A stretch of DNA of 64,000 bases from Takakia lepidozioides (taxonomy: Eukaryota; Plantae; Bryophyta). Below, in pieces: positions 61,827 to 64,000 of this stretch (its first letter is position 1; each line of letters starts with the position of its first letter). The stretch is taken from the NCBI GenBank assembly GCA_030704615.1, contig CM060733.1, positions 22,134,001 through 22,198,000 of the forward strand. The letters are read 5' to 3'. A model generated the notes under the pieces. It ran no database searches. It was not told the origin of the DNA and saw only the letters and a program-made list of their open reading frames with translations. Position numbers and translations under genes: made by a program.

Positions 61827-64000
61827 CTACCTGCCAACTGCAGCATAGATGTTTGATAACAATTGTAAATTCAGTGGAGGAGGCATCGTAGGGGTCATGC
61901 TGATCAGCCCAAAACCAATGGCCAGCTTCTCACTGTGGTGGCAAAGAGAAAATTTATTTTCCTCTTCCCCCACATCATGCAGTACAAAGTGCGTATCAGG
62001 CACATACCCCACCTCCTTCATCTGCCCAGACAATCTTCTCAGGTCAGCATGGATTTCCTTAATTTTGGGATGTAACTTGTCATCTACAACGAAGGTGTGC
62101 ACCCTGTTGCTAACCTCAATGCCGAAGCAACCTGGCTCCTTTCTAACCCCTCTGACCTTCATCATTTTTCTCACCTTTGCAGTATCATCCCACCTGCCAG
62201 CTGCAACATAGATGTTTGATAGCAACACATAGGTCGCGACATCCTGTTCATCCCACTTGAGGATAGATGTTGTTGCACGTTTAGCTATCTCCACATTGCC
62301 ATGGATTCTGCAGGCACCAAGCAAGGCCTTCCACACCACAACCTCTGGATTGATTGGCATTTTATTAATCAGGTCCACTGCCTCATCCAGTTGTCATGCA
62401 CGTCCAAGAAGGTCCACCATGCAGCCAAAGGGCTTTACTGTCGGAGTAACACCATGATCTTGACTCAGGGAACCGAAGTAGCGTCTTCCTTCATTCAGTA
62501 GGCCAGTGTGGCTGCATGCAGATAGAACACAGATAAATATGATACTGTCCGGCTTCAAGCCATTCTTTTACATTCCTTCAAATAGTTGTAGGACCTCCCT
62601 ATGACAACCATGCTGGGCATATCCTATGATCATCGCATTCCACGACACCACATTTAATTCAGTCACATTGTCAAATACTCCCTTTGCATCCTCAATGCAC
62701 CCACATTTCACATACATGTCCACCAGGGCAGTGTCCATAATGATGTTTGATACAATTCCAGCTTTGAGGATGTCACCATGCACCTCTTTGCCCTTTTCCA
62801 GGGCTGCCAGGCTTACACAAGCACTGCAAACGTACACAAACTTGATGTTGTTGCCCTTCACCCCTTCCGCCATCATTTGTTCATAGGTCTCCAAGTCTTT
62901 CATTCCACGCCCTGCTGTGCATATCCTGCCAGCATGGCGTTCCATGACACCAAATCTCGTTCAGCCATATTGTTGAACACTCCCTCCGCATCCTCAATGC
63001 TCCCACATTTGGCATACATGTCCACGAGGGTATTGTCCAGAATCACATCTGGTACAAATCCAGCTTTGGCGATGCAACCATGCACCTCTTTGTCCTTTTT
63101 CCAAGGCTGCCAGGCTTGCATACGTACTGCAAATGCACACAAACATGATGTGGTCGGGCTTCACCCCTTCCCCTATCATTTGCTCATAGGTCTCCAAGTC
63201 CTCCATCCCACGCCCTGCTGTGCATATCCTGCAAGCATCACGTTCCACGACAACAAATCTTGTTCAGCCATATTGTTGAACACTCCCTCCGCATCCTCAA
63301 TGCTCCCACATTTGGCATACATGTCCACTAGGGCAGTGTTCAGGATCACACCTGGTACAGTTCCAGCTTTGGCGATGCAACCATGCACCTCTTTGCCTTT
63401 TTCCAGGGCTGCCAGGCTTGCACACGCATTGCAAACGCACACAAACGTGATGTGGTCGGGTTTCACCCGTTCCCCCATCATTTGCTCATAGGTCTCCAAA
63501 GCCTCCATCCCACGCCCCTGTTGTGCATACCCTGCAAGCATCACGTTCCACAACACCACATCTTCTTCAACCATTTGAAAACTCCCTTTGCATCCTTCAT
63601 GCACCCTTTGGCATACATGTCCACCAGGGCAGTGTTCAGGATGACATCTGGTATAAATCCAGCTTTGACGATGTCACCATGGACCTCTTTCCCCTTTTCC
63701 AGAGCTCCTAGGCTTGCACACGCATTGCAAACACAAACAAATGTGTTGCGGTTGGGCTTCACCCCTTCGCACATCAATTGGTCATAGGTCTCCAAAGCCT
63801 CCATCCCGCATCCTTGCTGTGCATATCTTGCAATCATCGCACTTCACGACACCACATCTCATTTAGCCATACTGTCAAACACTCCCTTTGCATCCTCGAT
63901 GCACTCACATTTGACATACATGTCCAGCAGGGCAGTGTTCAGAATGACATCGGATACAATTCCAGATTTGACGATGTCACCATGGACATCTTTGCACCTT
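61827..64000 (-). pseudogene. PLS-class PPR-E-E+-DYW(partial) pseudogene, runs off the right edge
   Basis: At least four near-identical P-L-S triplets (GVKPDHITFVCVCNACASLAALEKGKEVHG...DMYAKCGSIEDA...DLVSWNAMLAGYAQQG), then MPINPEVVVWKALLGACRIHG, KEPGCFGIEV, GYVPDT and HHSEKLAIGFGL. Frameshifts, and the DYW domain is truncated. Confidence 0.92.

Noticed and set aside
61827-62200. DYW:KP (U-to-C editing) domain
   Set aside because: The motifs are the canonical PG-box/HSEKLA type and the domain is truncated.

Overview
Eukaryotic nuclear DNA from a seed-free land plant. PLS-class PPR genes, spliceosomal introns and telo-boxes show it is a plant; a moss or other bryophyte is my inference. Four apparently functional host genes sit in a matrix of decayed transposons and pseudogenes: the 5' part of a plastid-type MnmG/GidA gene, an intronless acyl-ACP thioesterase, a proteasome alpha-4/PAD subunit, and an ANKRD39-like ankyrin gene. 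The pseudogene fraction comprises three PPR pseudogenes and an OSB-type PDF-repeat pseudogene. The mobile fraction comprises a CACTA element whose TnpA-like gene runs into an FCP1/NIF phosphatase-like domain, a Mutator-like element with a SWIM transposase and a Ulp1 protease, hAT-, MULE- and piggyBac-like MITEs, Helitron ends and LINE tails. The main candidate for a new system is a ~10.2 kb element (~36823-47049) nested in the Mutator-like element. It pairs, head to head, a GCM/WRKY-fold DDE-SWIM transposase with a spliced gene encoding a ParB/Srx-fold domain fused to a beta-class amino (N6A/N4C-type) DNA methyltransferase fold. The introns of that gene carry seven copies of a ~28-bp palindrome resembling a parS-like site. 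A second fragment of the same gene family, with the same intronic palindrome, lies at ~1890-2745. These copies are disrupted, and all domain calls come from motif recognition by eye and need HMM or structure confirmation.
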